This document shows positions 49,724-58,658 of a stretch of DNA of 64,000 bases, in pieces. Source of the DNA: Calditrichia bacterium (GTDB taxonomy: Bacteria > Calditrichota > Calditrichia > RBG-13-44-9 > J075); contig JBOEGD010000009.1 in the NCBI GenBank assembly GCA_050633245.1, positions 1 through 64,000 of the forward strand, read 5' to 3'. The stretch's first letter is position 1. Every line of letters begins with the position of its first letter. The translations under genes were made by a program, and so were the position numbers. The notes under the pieces are model-generated. The model was not told the DNA's origin. It ran no database searches and saw nothing but the letters and a program-made list of their open reading frames with translations.

Positions 49724-50239
49724 TTACAGCTTACTGGAGAGCGTAAGCGTCATACGCCGCCCCTCCATTTTAACATGGGCTTCAATCTCTCCCACATCTT
49801 CCAGGTCTGCAACTACCTTGTCCAACATATTACGGCCAAGTTCCTGATACGCCATTTCGCGACCGCGAAAGCGTACGGAAAACTTCACTTTGTTGCGTTG
49901 TTCCAGAAATTTTCTGGCATTTTTCAACTTGGTGCCCAAGTCGTGTGTGTCCGTTTTCGGACTCAAACGAATCTCTTTCACCTGTACCTGGTGCTGCTTT
50001 TTCTTACCTTCTTTTTCCTTTTTGCTCTTTTCGTATTGGTATTTACCGTAATCCATTATCCGGCATACCGGTGGTGTTGAATTCGGTGCAACTTCTACAA
50101 GGTCAAGCTCGAGGTCCTGAGCGCGTGTAAGCGCGTCTTCGGTTTGAAGGATTCCAAATTGTTCCCCGTCTGGTCCAATTACACGGACTTGAGGAACACG
50201 GATTTGTCGATTAATTCTGGCAAAATCATTTCCGGCGAT
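49724..50239 (-). CDS. infC: Translation initiation factor IF-3 (non-canonical ATC start)
   Basis: The frame extends 61 codons upstream of the ORF-track start: (I)AGNDFARINRQIRVPQVRVIGPDGEQFGI...LDLVEVAPNSTPPVCRIMDYGKY; AGGAG RBS 6 nt before ATC. Confidence 0.93.
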   Translation of the reverse strand: MAGNDFARINRQIRVPQVRVIGPDGEQFGILQTEDALTRAQDLELDLVEVAPNSTPPVCRIMDYGKYQYEKSKKEKEGKKKQHQVQVKEIRLSPKTDTHDLGTKLKNARKFLEQRNKVKFSVRFRGREMAYQELGRNMLDKVVADLEDVGEIEAHVKMEGRRMTLTLSSKL

Positions 50240-50264
50240 GAGTATCTCCTACAGTTAGTAAAAC

Positions 50265-52187
50265 TTACTTTTTGTTAGTTGTCTCGTCCTGCACCCGATT
50301 TGTGAACGCATCAAGGCTCATTGAGCCAAGATCACCTTCACCGTGGTGCCTGACGGATATTTGCTGATTTTCTACTTCTCTATCCCCTATTATCAGCATA
50401 TAGGGAACTTTCTGAACTTCATTTTCACGAATTTTAAAACCGATCTTTTCATTTCTGCGATCGATCGTCACGCGAACACCTGCTTTACGCAGTTCTTCTT
50501 CTACCTGATTAGCATAGTCGATATGCTTATCGGTAATCGGCAGAACGGCAACTTGTATCGGCGCCAGCCATGTTGGGAACGAACCACCATAGTGTTCGAT
50601 CAGGATGCCGAAGAAACGCTCCAGCGAGCCCATCAGTGCGCGATGCACCATGATAGGACGATGCGTTTCACCATCATCACCAACAAATTCCATTTCAAAG
50701 CGCTCCGGCAGATTAAAATCTACCTGAATCGTTGAACACTGCCAGGAACGCCCCAGCGTATCGCGAATCTTTATGTCAATCTTCGGGCCGTAAAAAACGC
50801 CCTCACCCTCGTCCACAGTATAATTCAGTTCGCGCTTTTCAAGCGCTACTTTCAGGCTTTCAGTCGCTAAATCCCAGCTATCGAGGCTACCGACATACTT
50901 TTCAGGGCGGGTTGAAAGATAAATATCATATTCGCTAAAGCCAAAGGTCGTTAAAATTTCAATTACAAGATCCAGAACGTTCACCAACTCGTTGGTTAAC
51001 TGATCCGGCGTGCAAAAGATATGGGCGTCATCCTGAGTAAATCCACGAACGCGCATCAAACCGTGTAATACACCCGATCGCTCATAACGATACACGGTGC
51101 CAAGCTCTGCATAGCGAATCGGCAATTCACGATAGCTTCGCAGCGAGTTTTTATATATCATCAGATGAAACGGGCAGTTCATTGGCTTCAACTGATAATC
51201 GGCATTGTCCAGCTCCATCGTAGAAAACATGTTCTCGCGATAAAAACCGGTATGACCACTGGTATTCCATAAATCGAGTTTGGCAGCATGCGGCGTATAA
51301 ATAATTTCATAACCGTGCTTATAGTGCTCTGCAACCCAGTAGTCTTCCATTACTCGGCGAATACGTGCGCCTTTGGGATGCCACAGAATAAGCCCGTTAC
51401 CAATACTTTCCTGCACAGAATATAGATCCAGTTCGCGGCCCAGCTTACGGTGATCCCGTCGTTTTGCTTCTTCCAAACGATGGAGATGCTCATCCAAGTC
51501 TTTCTTTTTCGGAAAACTGGTCGCATAAATGCGCTGTAGCATCTTATTCTTCTCATCTCCACGCCAGTATGCACCAGCAACGCTGAGCAGCTTAAAGTTT
51601 TTGCCCAGCTTTTTGGTCGACGTTACGTGCGGCCCACGACAAAGATCGGTGAATTCACCCTGCGAGTAAGCAGAAATCGTCTCACCATCCGGCAGGTCAT
51701 TTATCAATTCTATCTTCAAATCTTCATGTTGATCGCCGAAGAATGCCAGTGCTTTATCGCGAGGCAACTCCTCACGCTTAATTTCGTGGTCTTCATCGAC
51801 AATTTTTGCCATCTCAGCTTCCAGCGCCGCAAAATCTTCCGGTGATAATGAATGATCCAGATCGATATCGTAATAAAAGCCGTTTTCGATTGGCGGCCCG
51901 ATACCCAGCTTAGCCTTCGGAAACTTGCGTTTCAGCGCCTGAGCCATTAGGTGAGCAGTAGAATGACGGAAGACTTCCGCGCCTTCTGCATCGGAGAAAC
52001 GCAGGATTTCCAACGTTCCATCGGCTTCTAAAGGACGCCAAAGCTCGACGACGGTGCCGTTATATTTTGCAGCAAGAGCCTCTTTGCCCAAGCGAGAGCT
52101 TATTCCCGAGGCAATCTCTCCGGCTGTGATACCGCTTGCAAATGTCTTTTCATTTCCATCGGGAAATGATATGCGAATGTCGTTCAT
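50265..52187 (-). CDS. thrS: Threonine--tRNA ligase
   Basis: TGS domain, RHSTAHLMAQA, DLCRGPH, RDHRKLG, LKPMNCP, RVRGFTQDDAH, FYGPKID. Confidence 0.98.
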   Translation of the reverse strand: MNDIRISFPDGNEKTFASGITAGEIASGISSRLGKEALAAKYNGTVVELWRPLEADGTLEILRFSDAEGAEVFRHSTAHLMAQALKRKFPKAKLGIGPPIENGFYYDIDLDHSLSPEDFAALEAEMAKIVDEDHEIKREELPRDKALAFFGDQHEDLKIELINDLPDGETISAYSQGEFTDLCRGPHVTSTKKLGKNFKLLSVAGAYWRGDEKNKMLQRIYATSFPKKKDLDEHLHRLEEAKRRDHRKLGRELDLYSVQESIGNGLILWHPKGARIRRVMEDYWVAEHYKHGYEIIYTPHAAKLDLWNTSGHTGFYRENMFSTMELDNADYQLKPMNCPFHLMIYKNSLRSYRELPIRYAELGTVYRYERSGVLHGLMRVRGFTQDDAHIFCTPDQLTNELVNVLDLVIEILTTFGFSEYDIYLSTRPEKYVGSLDSWDLATESLKVALEKRELNYTVDEGEGVFYGPKIDIKIRDTLGRSWQCSTIQVDFNLPERFEMEFVGDDGETHRPIMVHRALMGSLERFFGILIEHYGGSFPTWLAPIQVAVLPITDKHIDYANQVEEELRKAGVRVTIDRRNEKIGFKIRENEVQKVPYMLIIGDREVENQQISVRHHGEGDLGSMSLDAFTNRVQDETTNKK

Positions 52188-52277
52188 AAACTGTCTCTGC
52201 CGGCTATCGGTTGAATATGTAAAGGGACTTTAACAGGCTTGATTCCGGCGGCCTGAACAATCCGGCTATAAATTAGA

Positions 52278-52305
52278 CATAGCCCTAACACGATGCAGGG
52301 CTATG
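52278..52305 (-). terminator. Hairpin immediately 3' of tRNA-Val
   Basis: catagccct...agggctatg 9-bp stem; weak U-tract, so possibly a processing or partial termination signal. Confidence 0.45.
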
Positions 52306-52311
52306 AACTTG

Positions 52312-52385
52312 TGGGGCGAGCCAGAGTCGAACTGACGACCTCTACGATGTCAACGTAGCGCTCTAACCAACTGAGCTACCGCCCC
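52312..52385 (-). tRNA. tRNA-Val(GAC); CCA not encoded
   Basis: GGGGCGG TA GCTC AGTTGGTTA GAGC G CTACG TTGACAT CGTAG AGGTC GTCAG TTCGACT CTGGC TCGCCCC A cloverleaf. Confidence 0.96.
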
Positions 52386-52406
52386 GAATACGTTCAAATG
52401 CCGACA

Positions 52407-52435
52407 AATATACTGTTTAGCCATGCTGAAAGCAA
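52407..52435 (-). promoter_or_regulatory. Sigma70 promoter of tRNA-Val (and possibly thrS)
   Basis: TTGCTT-17 bp-TATATT on the minus strand, about 20 nt upstream of the tRNA. Confidence 0.65.
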
Positions 52436-52590
52436 GCAAATATTATTAAGAAACAGCAGCATTATTTGTCGGATGCCGTATAGCAATCGTGCACTTTTAA
52501 GGAGGTAAAAATATAAGAAATTTCTTTAATCCAAATCAACCAAAGAGTATTATTAAATATAATCAACCAAATAAACCGCTAATTCCAGAA

Positions 52591-54456
52591 ATGGCTGCCG
52601 ATATGTCATCAAAAGATTCCCCTTATCCGGGTAGAAATGTGCTTGTTTTTGTTGTTGGATTGCTGGTAATTCCACTTCTCTATTCTTCCACAACTATCGA
52701 CCCGGTACTACCCATTCGTTTATTGACACTCGCAGCTTTACTGGCTCTTTCTTTGGTGCTCCTCTTGCAAAAGCCCGGCACTGGCAAGACGCAAATGCTG
52801 ACGGCATCACCATTAGTCTATCTTATCCTTTCCTTTTTTGCGTTACAGCTCCTGTCTTCAATCTGGGCTGTTAACAGCATGGAAGCACTTATTGAGGTGG
52901 CAAAGCTCGGACTCCTGATCTGCGTATTTTTTCTGAGTATCGTTTTTCTACAAAAAAAGAACAGCCTGTTATTCCTCTGTCATGGCTTAGCGGTACTGGC
53001 TATTCTGCTGTCATTTATGGGAATATGTCAATACTATCAACTCGGATTTACCGGCATTCCCGGTCATTTTCTCATTTATGCAACCCTGGTAAACAAAAAC
53101 CTGTTCGCCAGCGCATTGGTGCTGTTGCTGCCATTTCTGTTTTACAGCGCAATCGTCCATCGAGGTAGCGGCAGCATCTTGAGCATGGCTGGAATACTTC
53201 TATCGTCCATTGCGGTAGGCTTGGCGCACTCCAGAGCAGTATGGATTGCACTCGCTATTTTAACAGCAATTGTTGCGACCGGCTTTATCTTGCGTTTACC
53301 AAAGGCGGAATTTACCGAGAAAGCACAGGCCATTCTGCGCAAGCGCATGGTTTTGGTATTAAGTCTTACCCTACTGGCCTGCACACTAACTGCAATGCTG
53401 AATTTGTATGGGCGTGCCACGCCGACCTACGCCAGTGACGCTGCGCGTACTGCGGTTACGGCAACCCGTTCTCTTGATGAGCGACGTCAGCTATGGACAA
53501 AGAGTTTTGACATGATCGCCGAGCAACCAATTATCGGCGTAGGCGCCGGCAATTGGAAAATCATGTTTCCGCGCTATAGTGGCGGCAACATGCGTTCAGC
53601 TGAAGGCAGCGTCCAGTTCGTGCGACCACATAACGATTTCATTTGGGTTGCCAGTGAGACGGGAATTATCGGACTCCTGCTCTATCTCGGCATCTTTGGC
53701 TGGGCATCGCTTCTCGCCTGGCGGCAGGCACACAACTCAAGCGATTCGTATGAACAGCTCTTAGCCGTTTGCCTGCTTGGTGGAATCGCAACATTTGCAG
53801 TAATATCCGGCTTTAGTTTTCCCAGGGAGCGTATTGTGCACAGTCTGTTTTTTTGGCTAAGTGCAGCAATTCTTGTGGCTAATAGTACACCAGAACGTAA
53901 CAAGCTGTCAGTATCTCTTCCACGCGGTGCCATCATCGGTATGCTTCTTTTTTCCATCGCAACCGGAGCAGTTGGTTATTCAAGATTGGGCGCGGAGAAG
54001 GCTTTAAAAAAGAGTTTTTCCGCACATAAGCAGCAAAACTGGCCATTGGCAAAACGTCATGCCATGGCCGCGGGAACCCGTTTTTTCACAATCGATCCCT
54101 CCGCAACTCCGCCGGCATTCTACCAGGGACAGGCAGCAATAAAGCTGGGCGACATGGCCGGTGCAGATACTGCTTTAAAAAGAGCATATCAACAAAACCC
54201 ACATCATATTCTTACGCTGGGAAATCTGGCGGCTGTTCAACAAAGACTGGAAAAACTTGCCGAGGCCGAGCGTTATTTTAAAGAAGCATTGGTTGTCTCT
54301 CCACAACTCGAATCTGCTCTAATCAACCTCAGTGCAGTGTATTATCAGCAGAAAAATATTGCAAAGGCTCTGGAAACGCTGGCCAAATGCGATCCTAAAT
54401 CGACAAATCCTCGTATTGCGCAGTATCGGAAGATATACGAGGGTGGTGAAAAGTGA
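52591..54456 (+). CDS. O-antigen ligase/polymerase family membrane protein with C-terminal TPR repeats
   Basis: Multiple TM helices, ATLVNKNLFA, SRAVWIA, ERRQLW...PIIGVGAGNW, RPHNDF...ETGIIG; TPR-like C-terminus. Confidence 0.85.
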   Translation: MAADMSSKDSPYPGRNVLVFVVGLLVIPLLYSSTTIDPVLPIRLLTLAALLALSLVLLLQKPGTGKTQMLTASPLVYLILSFFALQLLSSIWAVNSMEALIEVAKLGLLICVFFLSIVFLQKKNSLLFLCHGLAVLAILLSFMGICQYYQLGFTGIPGHFLIYATLVNKNLFASALVLLLPFLFYSAIVHRGSGSILSMAGILLSSIAVGLAHSRAVWIALAILTAIVATGFILRLPKAEFTEKAQAILRKRMVLVLSLTLLACTLTAMLNLYGRATPTYASDAARTAVTATRSLDERRQLWTKSFDMIAEQPIIGVGAGNWKIMFPRYSGGNMRSAEGSVQFVRPHNDFIWVASETGIIGLLLYLGIFGWASLLAWRQAHNSSDSYEQLLAVCLLGGIATFAVISGFSFPRERIVHSLFFWLSAAILVANSTPERNKLSVSLPRGAIIGMLLFSIATGAVGYSRLGAEKALKKSFSAHKQQNWPLAKRHAMAAGTRFFTIDPSATPPAFYQGQAAIKLGDMAGADTALKRAYQQNPHHILTLGNLAAVQQRLEKLAEAERYFKEALVVSPQLESALINLSAVYYQQKNIAKALETLAKCDPKSTNPRIAQYRKIYEGGEK

Positions 54457-54466
54457 ACGGTGAACG

Positions 54467-54502
54467 GCGTGTAGAGACGCAATGCATTGCGTCTCTACAC
54501 GC
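54467..54502. repeat. Perfect 36-bp palindrome with GTAG-type REP-like core
   Basis: gcgtGTAGAGACGCAATGCATTGCGTCTCTACacgc between convergent genes; preceded by (GTGAACG)x2 heptamers. Confidence 0.75.
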
Positions 54503-55328
54503 GCGAACGCGCAACGTTAATCAACGCCACCAGAACGATGCCTGCCCCAATTACCGAACGATAATCCGGCACTTCGTTAAAAAACAACACGCCCCAAATC
54601 GCGGCAAAAACGACCCCAATATAGGCCATATTCATCACCCTGCCCGCTTCGTCGTGATGAAGCGCCTTGGTGAGAAGCCACTGAGCGGCAACAGCCGTTA
54701 CTCCAACCCCTAACAGAAGCAACCACTCATTGCCCTGTGGCAGAATAAAGGTATGGGCTACCGGAAGCGATCCCACAATGGAAACTGCGGGAAAATATAG
54801 CATCACATTTAGCGGATCGTCGGTATGGCGTAGTTTGCGTACCCAGTTATAGGCCAGGCCGGCAAAGAAAGCTCCTCCTAAACCAACCATTGCAGGAACA
54901 GCTTCAAGGGAAAACCCTGGACGAATAATCAACAGTATCCCTCCAAAAGCGAGCAAAAAATTCATCCAGCTTTGGCCAGAACTGCGTTCTTTAAGGATGA
55001 ATATAGCCAGCAGTGCTGTAAACAATGGATTGGTGTACTGGAGCATGGTGGAGTCTGTAATAGGTATTTTTGTCAGCGTGTAAAAAAAGGCTGAAAGCCC
55101 GATAAAGCCAAAAAGCCCACGCAGAAGCAAATTCTTTTTATCCACCCCCCAAAGTGGCAACCCACGCTGCTTAATCATAATAACAAGTATCAGGAAAACC
55201 AGAACGCTTCGTGCAAAAACCATCTCCTGTGCAGGAAGGCGCTCGCCTCCGGCTTTAACCAGTGCCGACATAACGCTAAAAAGAAAGGAGGCCATTAACA
55301 TATAGGCTGGGCCGGGAGTAATGCGCAT
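54495..55328 (-). CDS. DMT/EamA family transporter
   Basis: About 10 TM helices in two EamA repeats; LLLRGLFG, YTNPLFTALLA..ILKE, LIIRPG. Confidence 0.9.
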   Translation of the reverse strand: MRITPGPAYMLMASFLFSVMSALVKAGGERLPAQEMVFARSVLVFLILVIMIKQRGLPLWGVDKKNLLLRGLFGFIGLSAFFYTLTKIPITDSTMLQYTNPLFTALLAIFILKERSSGQSWMNFLLAFGGILLIIRPGFSLEAVPAMVGLGGAFFAGLAYNWVRKLRHTDDPLNVMLYFPAVSIVGSLPVAHTFILPQGNEWLLLLGVGVTAVAAQWLLTKALHHDEAGRVMNMAYIGVVFAAIWGVLFFNEVPDYRSVIGAGIVLVALINVARSRV

Positions 55329-55429
55329 GTGGAATTCTCTAAAAGTTGGATGCGGACTGGACTGTCCAATCAGCGGGCTACATTGTAGCTGAAAAGGCGA
55401 TTAAAGGCAATCGAAAAAGAAAATGGCAG

Positions 55430-56185
55430 TTAGTTCTGAGAGTGCACCCATTCACGGACTTCAAAGTCCAGAGTGCCGGCGGGTAAGGAGGTATCATAAA
55501 GCATGCGAATGACCTGACGATCGAAATCGCAATAGGTATTTATCTCGGTATGCCCTTGAAAGAAGATACTCTCGGGGTATTTCTGCGAGTCGTTCATCAG
55601 ACCAAGCAATTGGGTAAGCTCTTCGCGAATCAGGTGATTTCGATGACTCTGAGTAAGACGATCGCTGGCAACAACAACACGGCCACGGTAAATTTCACCT
55701 GCATAATTCCACCAGTTCCAAAAGAACCCGTTGGTAAAAACGAGTCCTGACGGCTCGTATTCATAAAATCGATCGTGTGGAATGAACAAAACCTCTACGT
55801 TCCCGCCGGTTGCAACAATCTCCAGCGACAGCTTGCCATCGAGCAGCTCATTTAATTCGCTAATCACATTATTCAGCTCTGCGCGATCGGCATGGGTCGG
55901 TTGCCCAACAATCTCGATTTTCAGATTATCGACCCACTTCTTAATTCGGAAATCTCCAATGCTGTATTCCGCACCAAGCGCAATATCCAAAAAATATTGG
56001 GACTGCAGCGTCAGTCTCTTCTCTTTGGTATAAGAAGCGACCTTGTAAACAATCGGCTCAACCGGCGGTTCAACTTGTCTTCGCGGGGAAGATGTAGAGG
56101 CACAAGAGCAGAGGACCAGCAGAATCAGCAACTGTGCAGAAAGGAAATGAATGGAAAGGCGGTGGGCAGTTTTTTTCATGTGCAA
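55430..56185 (-). CDS. DUF2927-like lipoprotein
   Basis: Lipobox-like LCSC; IKKW, HLIREELTQLLGLMNDS...SIF motif. Confidence 0.75.
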   Translation of the reverse strand: MHMKKTAHRLSIHFLSAQLLILLVLCSCASTSSPRRQVEPPVEPIVYKVASYTKEKRLTLQSQYFLDIALGAEYSIGDFRIKKWVDNLKIEIVGQPTHADRAELNNVISELNELLDGKLSLEIVATGGNVEVLFIPHDRFYEYEPSGLVFTNGFFWNWWNYAGEIYRGRVVVASDRLTQSHRNHLIREELTQLLGLMNDSQKYPESIFFQGHTEINTYCDFDRQVIRMLYDTSLPAGTLDFEVREWVHSQN

Positions 56186-56297
56186 AATATAGTTATACGA
56201 TCGATTTGAAGCAATTTAATGCTGCTATTTTCTCTTCTTATTCAATTATGAGCCAATATATTCTGAAAATTTATGACCAAGACCACAATTTCAACAA

Positions 56298-56326
56298 TTG
56301 CATTATCGGATAGCAGTCGCTATCTT
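56298..56326 (+). promoter_or_regulatory. Sigma70 promoter for the ANKH/MATE-like gene
   Basis: TTGCAT-17 bp-TATCTT; implies the true start is ATG 56369. Confidence 0.5.
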
Positions 56327-56368
56327 GCCAGCAAATTTATTGAGTCTCCAGCGAAAGTCGCTATTTTA

Positions 56369-57673
56369 ATGTCTTCCCCTCCTTCTGATTTACGCATGCG
56401 CACCATCATTTTCCAATGGATGCCGCTAGCTGCAACCTGGCTTATGATGTCTGTTGAAGGACCATTTCTTTCAGCGATTATTGCCCGCCTTCCAGAAGCA
56501 AAACTCAACCTTGCAGCATACGGCGTCGCGTTTTCCATCGCACTGCTGGTTGAATCTCCAATCATTATGATTTCCAGTGCCGCTACCGAACTTCTGAAAG
56601 ACCGCAAGACTTATATTCGTCTACGCAACTTCACGAACTTTCTCAATGCCGCCATTACATTTGTTATGCTTCTTTTGCTGGTTCCAGCTGTCTCAGATGC
56701 TTTTTTACAGGGCCTTCTCGAATTACCACAGGAAGTGGCTGACCTGACGCGCCAGGCTTGTTTTCTTCTACTCCCCTGGCCGGCGGCCATCGGCATAAGA
56801 CGTTTTTATCAGGGCCTACTCATACGCAATCAGCTTACCAGGCGCGTCGCATTCAGCACCATAGCCAGGCTAATTGCCATGCTCGGTACCGCGATCTTGC
56901 TCTATACCTTTGGTAATTATTCCGGCGTTGTAGTTGGTGCAGCGGCACTGTCTGCGGGAGTATGCATCGAGGCATTAATGGTGCGCGGCATGGTTCATCG
57001 CTCTATCAAAGAACTTATGGCCATCGATTCGTCCAAGGAAGAGTTGGGCTATCGCTACATCGCAAATTTTTACTATCCACTTGCCCTTACTTCAATGATT
57101 GGACTCGCACTTCATCCCATCATCACATTCTTTATGGGAAAAAGCCGTATGCCGCTGGAATCGCTGGCGGTGTTACCGGTTTTAAACTCGCTGGTCTTTA
57201 TATTTCGCAGTGCTGGATTATCTTATATCGAAGTAACAATTGCCTTTATGGGACGCGGCAAAGAATGGTACCCCCTGCTCCGTCGCTTCGCAATCATCCT
57301 AATGAGCAGCATTGGCATAATCCTTTGCGGCATTGCCTTTAGCCCGCTGGCCGACCTTTGGCTGCTAAATGTCGCAGGCCTCTCACCGGAACTTGCCAAC
57401 TTTGCAAAATTCCCTCTACAGATACAGGCTATTATACCAGTGCTGTCTATTTTACTGTCTTTCCAGCGAGGCATATTGGTAAGCGCAAGAATTACGCGAC
57501 CCATTACCCTGGCAACCGGCTTGGAAGTGTGCTTGTTATTTCTAACGCTGTTGGTATTGGTGCAAATGTGGGGATTGATTGGAGCGGTAGCTGCATCTAT
57601 CAGCATGTTGTTGGGACGAATCGCGGCGAACATATTTCTCACCCGGCCATTCAGCCGGGCGCTTTCCAAATAA
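56369..57673 (+). CDS. MOP-superfamily transporter, ANKH/MATE-like
   Basis: WMPLAATWLMM, LAAYGVAFS, PWPAAIGIRRFYQGLL, FYYPLALTS internal duplication; about 12 TM helices. Confidence 0.7.
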   Translation: MSSPPSDLRMRTIIFQWMPLAATWLMMSVEGPFLSAIIARLPEAKLNLAAYGVAFSIALLVESPIIMISSAATELLKDRKTYIRLRNFTNFLNAAITFVMLLLLVPAVSDAFLQGLLELPQEVADLTRQACFLLLPWPAAIGIRRFYQGLLIRNQLTRRVAFSTIARLIAMLGTAILLYTFGNYSGVVVGAAALSAGVCIEALMVRGMVHRSIKELMAIDSSKEELGYRYIANFYYPLALTSMIGLALHPIITFFMGKSRMPLESLAVLPVLNSLVFIFRSAGLSYIEVTIAFMGRGKEWYPLLRRFAIILMSSIGIILCGIAFSPLADLWLLNVAGLSPELANFAKFPLQIQAIIPVLSILLSFQRGILVSARITRPITLATGLEVCLLFLTLLVLVQMWGLIGAVAASISMLLGRIAANIFLTRPFSRALSK

Positions 57674-57683
57674 TTTCATCCCC

Positions 57684-58460
57684 TTAAGGCAGCGGGATCA
57701 AACTCACTTTTTCCATGCCATTACCGCTATCGATAAACATGTTCGCTTCGAATGGAAAAGCGTCTGTGGTATCGACGAGCGTGCCCTGAGCGACAACCGA
57801 ATAAGCGGCGTCATCTTCTAAGACAACCGGTTCAAAAGCCACAACAATTGTGGAGTCGCCTGCCGGACGAATAACAAGACTAAAGGTATCGGCGTCGACA
57901 CTTGCATAAAAGGAAGCCTGTTTGAAAGCCAGGTCCAATGCGATAGTTTCCATTCGCTGAACACCATTGTTATCGACAAAAGAGCCATCAAAGTCTATTC
58001 GTGGGGCATCGGGAACGGCATGTATCAATCTGATTTTAGCAATACTGGCAGTCGTGTCGGTATTTGCCCGCTCGTCTACCGTAAAAACACCATCTAGATT
58101 GGCGAGCGCGTCGATTGCGTAGAAGGTGTAAAGGCGTTCGTCGGTCAGCGGCGCATCGAAATCGATTACCGTCGTAGAAGTACCGGCTTGATTCATTTTC
58201 ACATTTAATGTGCCGGGATCGACCTGCACATATTCAGTGGCATTGCCGTAGGTAAGGCTATTAAAAGTTGCCGTAGAAGAGCCACCGAGAAATACGTCGA
58301 CGGCAGGAGCATCATAGCTCAAATGCATAGCGCGGACTTTTAAAGTATCGGGAATCGTTGGTGTCGACGTTGTTGGCTCGCTGGAATCAGAACAGGCGGC
58401 AACCAGCATCAACAGGCCGAGTGCGACTGACCAAACGGCTTTAAGGTTCAAATTTAACAT
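57684..58460 (-). CDS. DUF4397 domain lipoprotein
   Basis: Lipobox VAAC; VRAMHLSYDAPAVDV and IRLIHAVPDAP repeats; RBS GGAGG before ATG 58460. Confidence 0.85.
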   Translation of the reverse strand: MLNLNLKAVWSVALGLLMLVAACSDSSEPTTSTPTIPDTLKVRAMHLSYDAPAVDVFLGGSSTATFNSLTYGNATEYVQVDPGTLNVKMNQAGTSTTVIDFDAPLTDERLYTFYAIDALANLDGVFTVDERANTDTTASIAKIRLIHAVPDAPRIDFDGSFVDNNGVQRMETIALDLAFKQASFYASVDADTFSLVIRPAGDSTIVVAFEPVVLEDDAAYSVVAQGTLVDTTDAFPFEANMFIDSGNGMEKVSLIPLP

Positions 58461-58590
58461 GTGTAAAACTTCCTCCATATAACGCGATGAATAAATGAAC
58501 GACCAATGATAGCGTAAAACCAGCGAAGAATCCAGCTATTATTTTCAAACATCAGGTGGATTTGAATTTCGGTTATGAAAGGTCTTACGC

Positions 58591-58627
58591 AAAAACGAAA
58601 GACCAGATCCATAGATCCGGTCTTTCG
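58591..58627 (-). terminator. Intrinsic terminator after the larger DUF4397 gene
   Basis: cgaaagacc...ggtctttcg stem followed by TTTTT on the minus strand. Confidence 0.7.
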
Positions 58628-58658
58628 ATTACCGATGGGGTTCTTGGAGGGTACAAAT

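Noticed and set aside
52188-52277. T-box or tRNA-mimic operator ahead of thrS
   Set aside because: The leader is too short for a T-box, has no T-box consensus, and its hairpin lacks a clear Thr anticodon-like loop.
52312-52385. tRNA-Val as the integration site of a genomic island
   Set aside because: I found no duplicated tRNA 3' end and no integrase; its 3' side leads directly into thrS.
54453-54713. 86-aa plus-strand ORF after the O-antigen ligase gene
   Set aside because: It starts in the repeat/palindrome and is antisense to the well-supported DMT gene.
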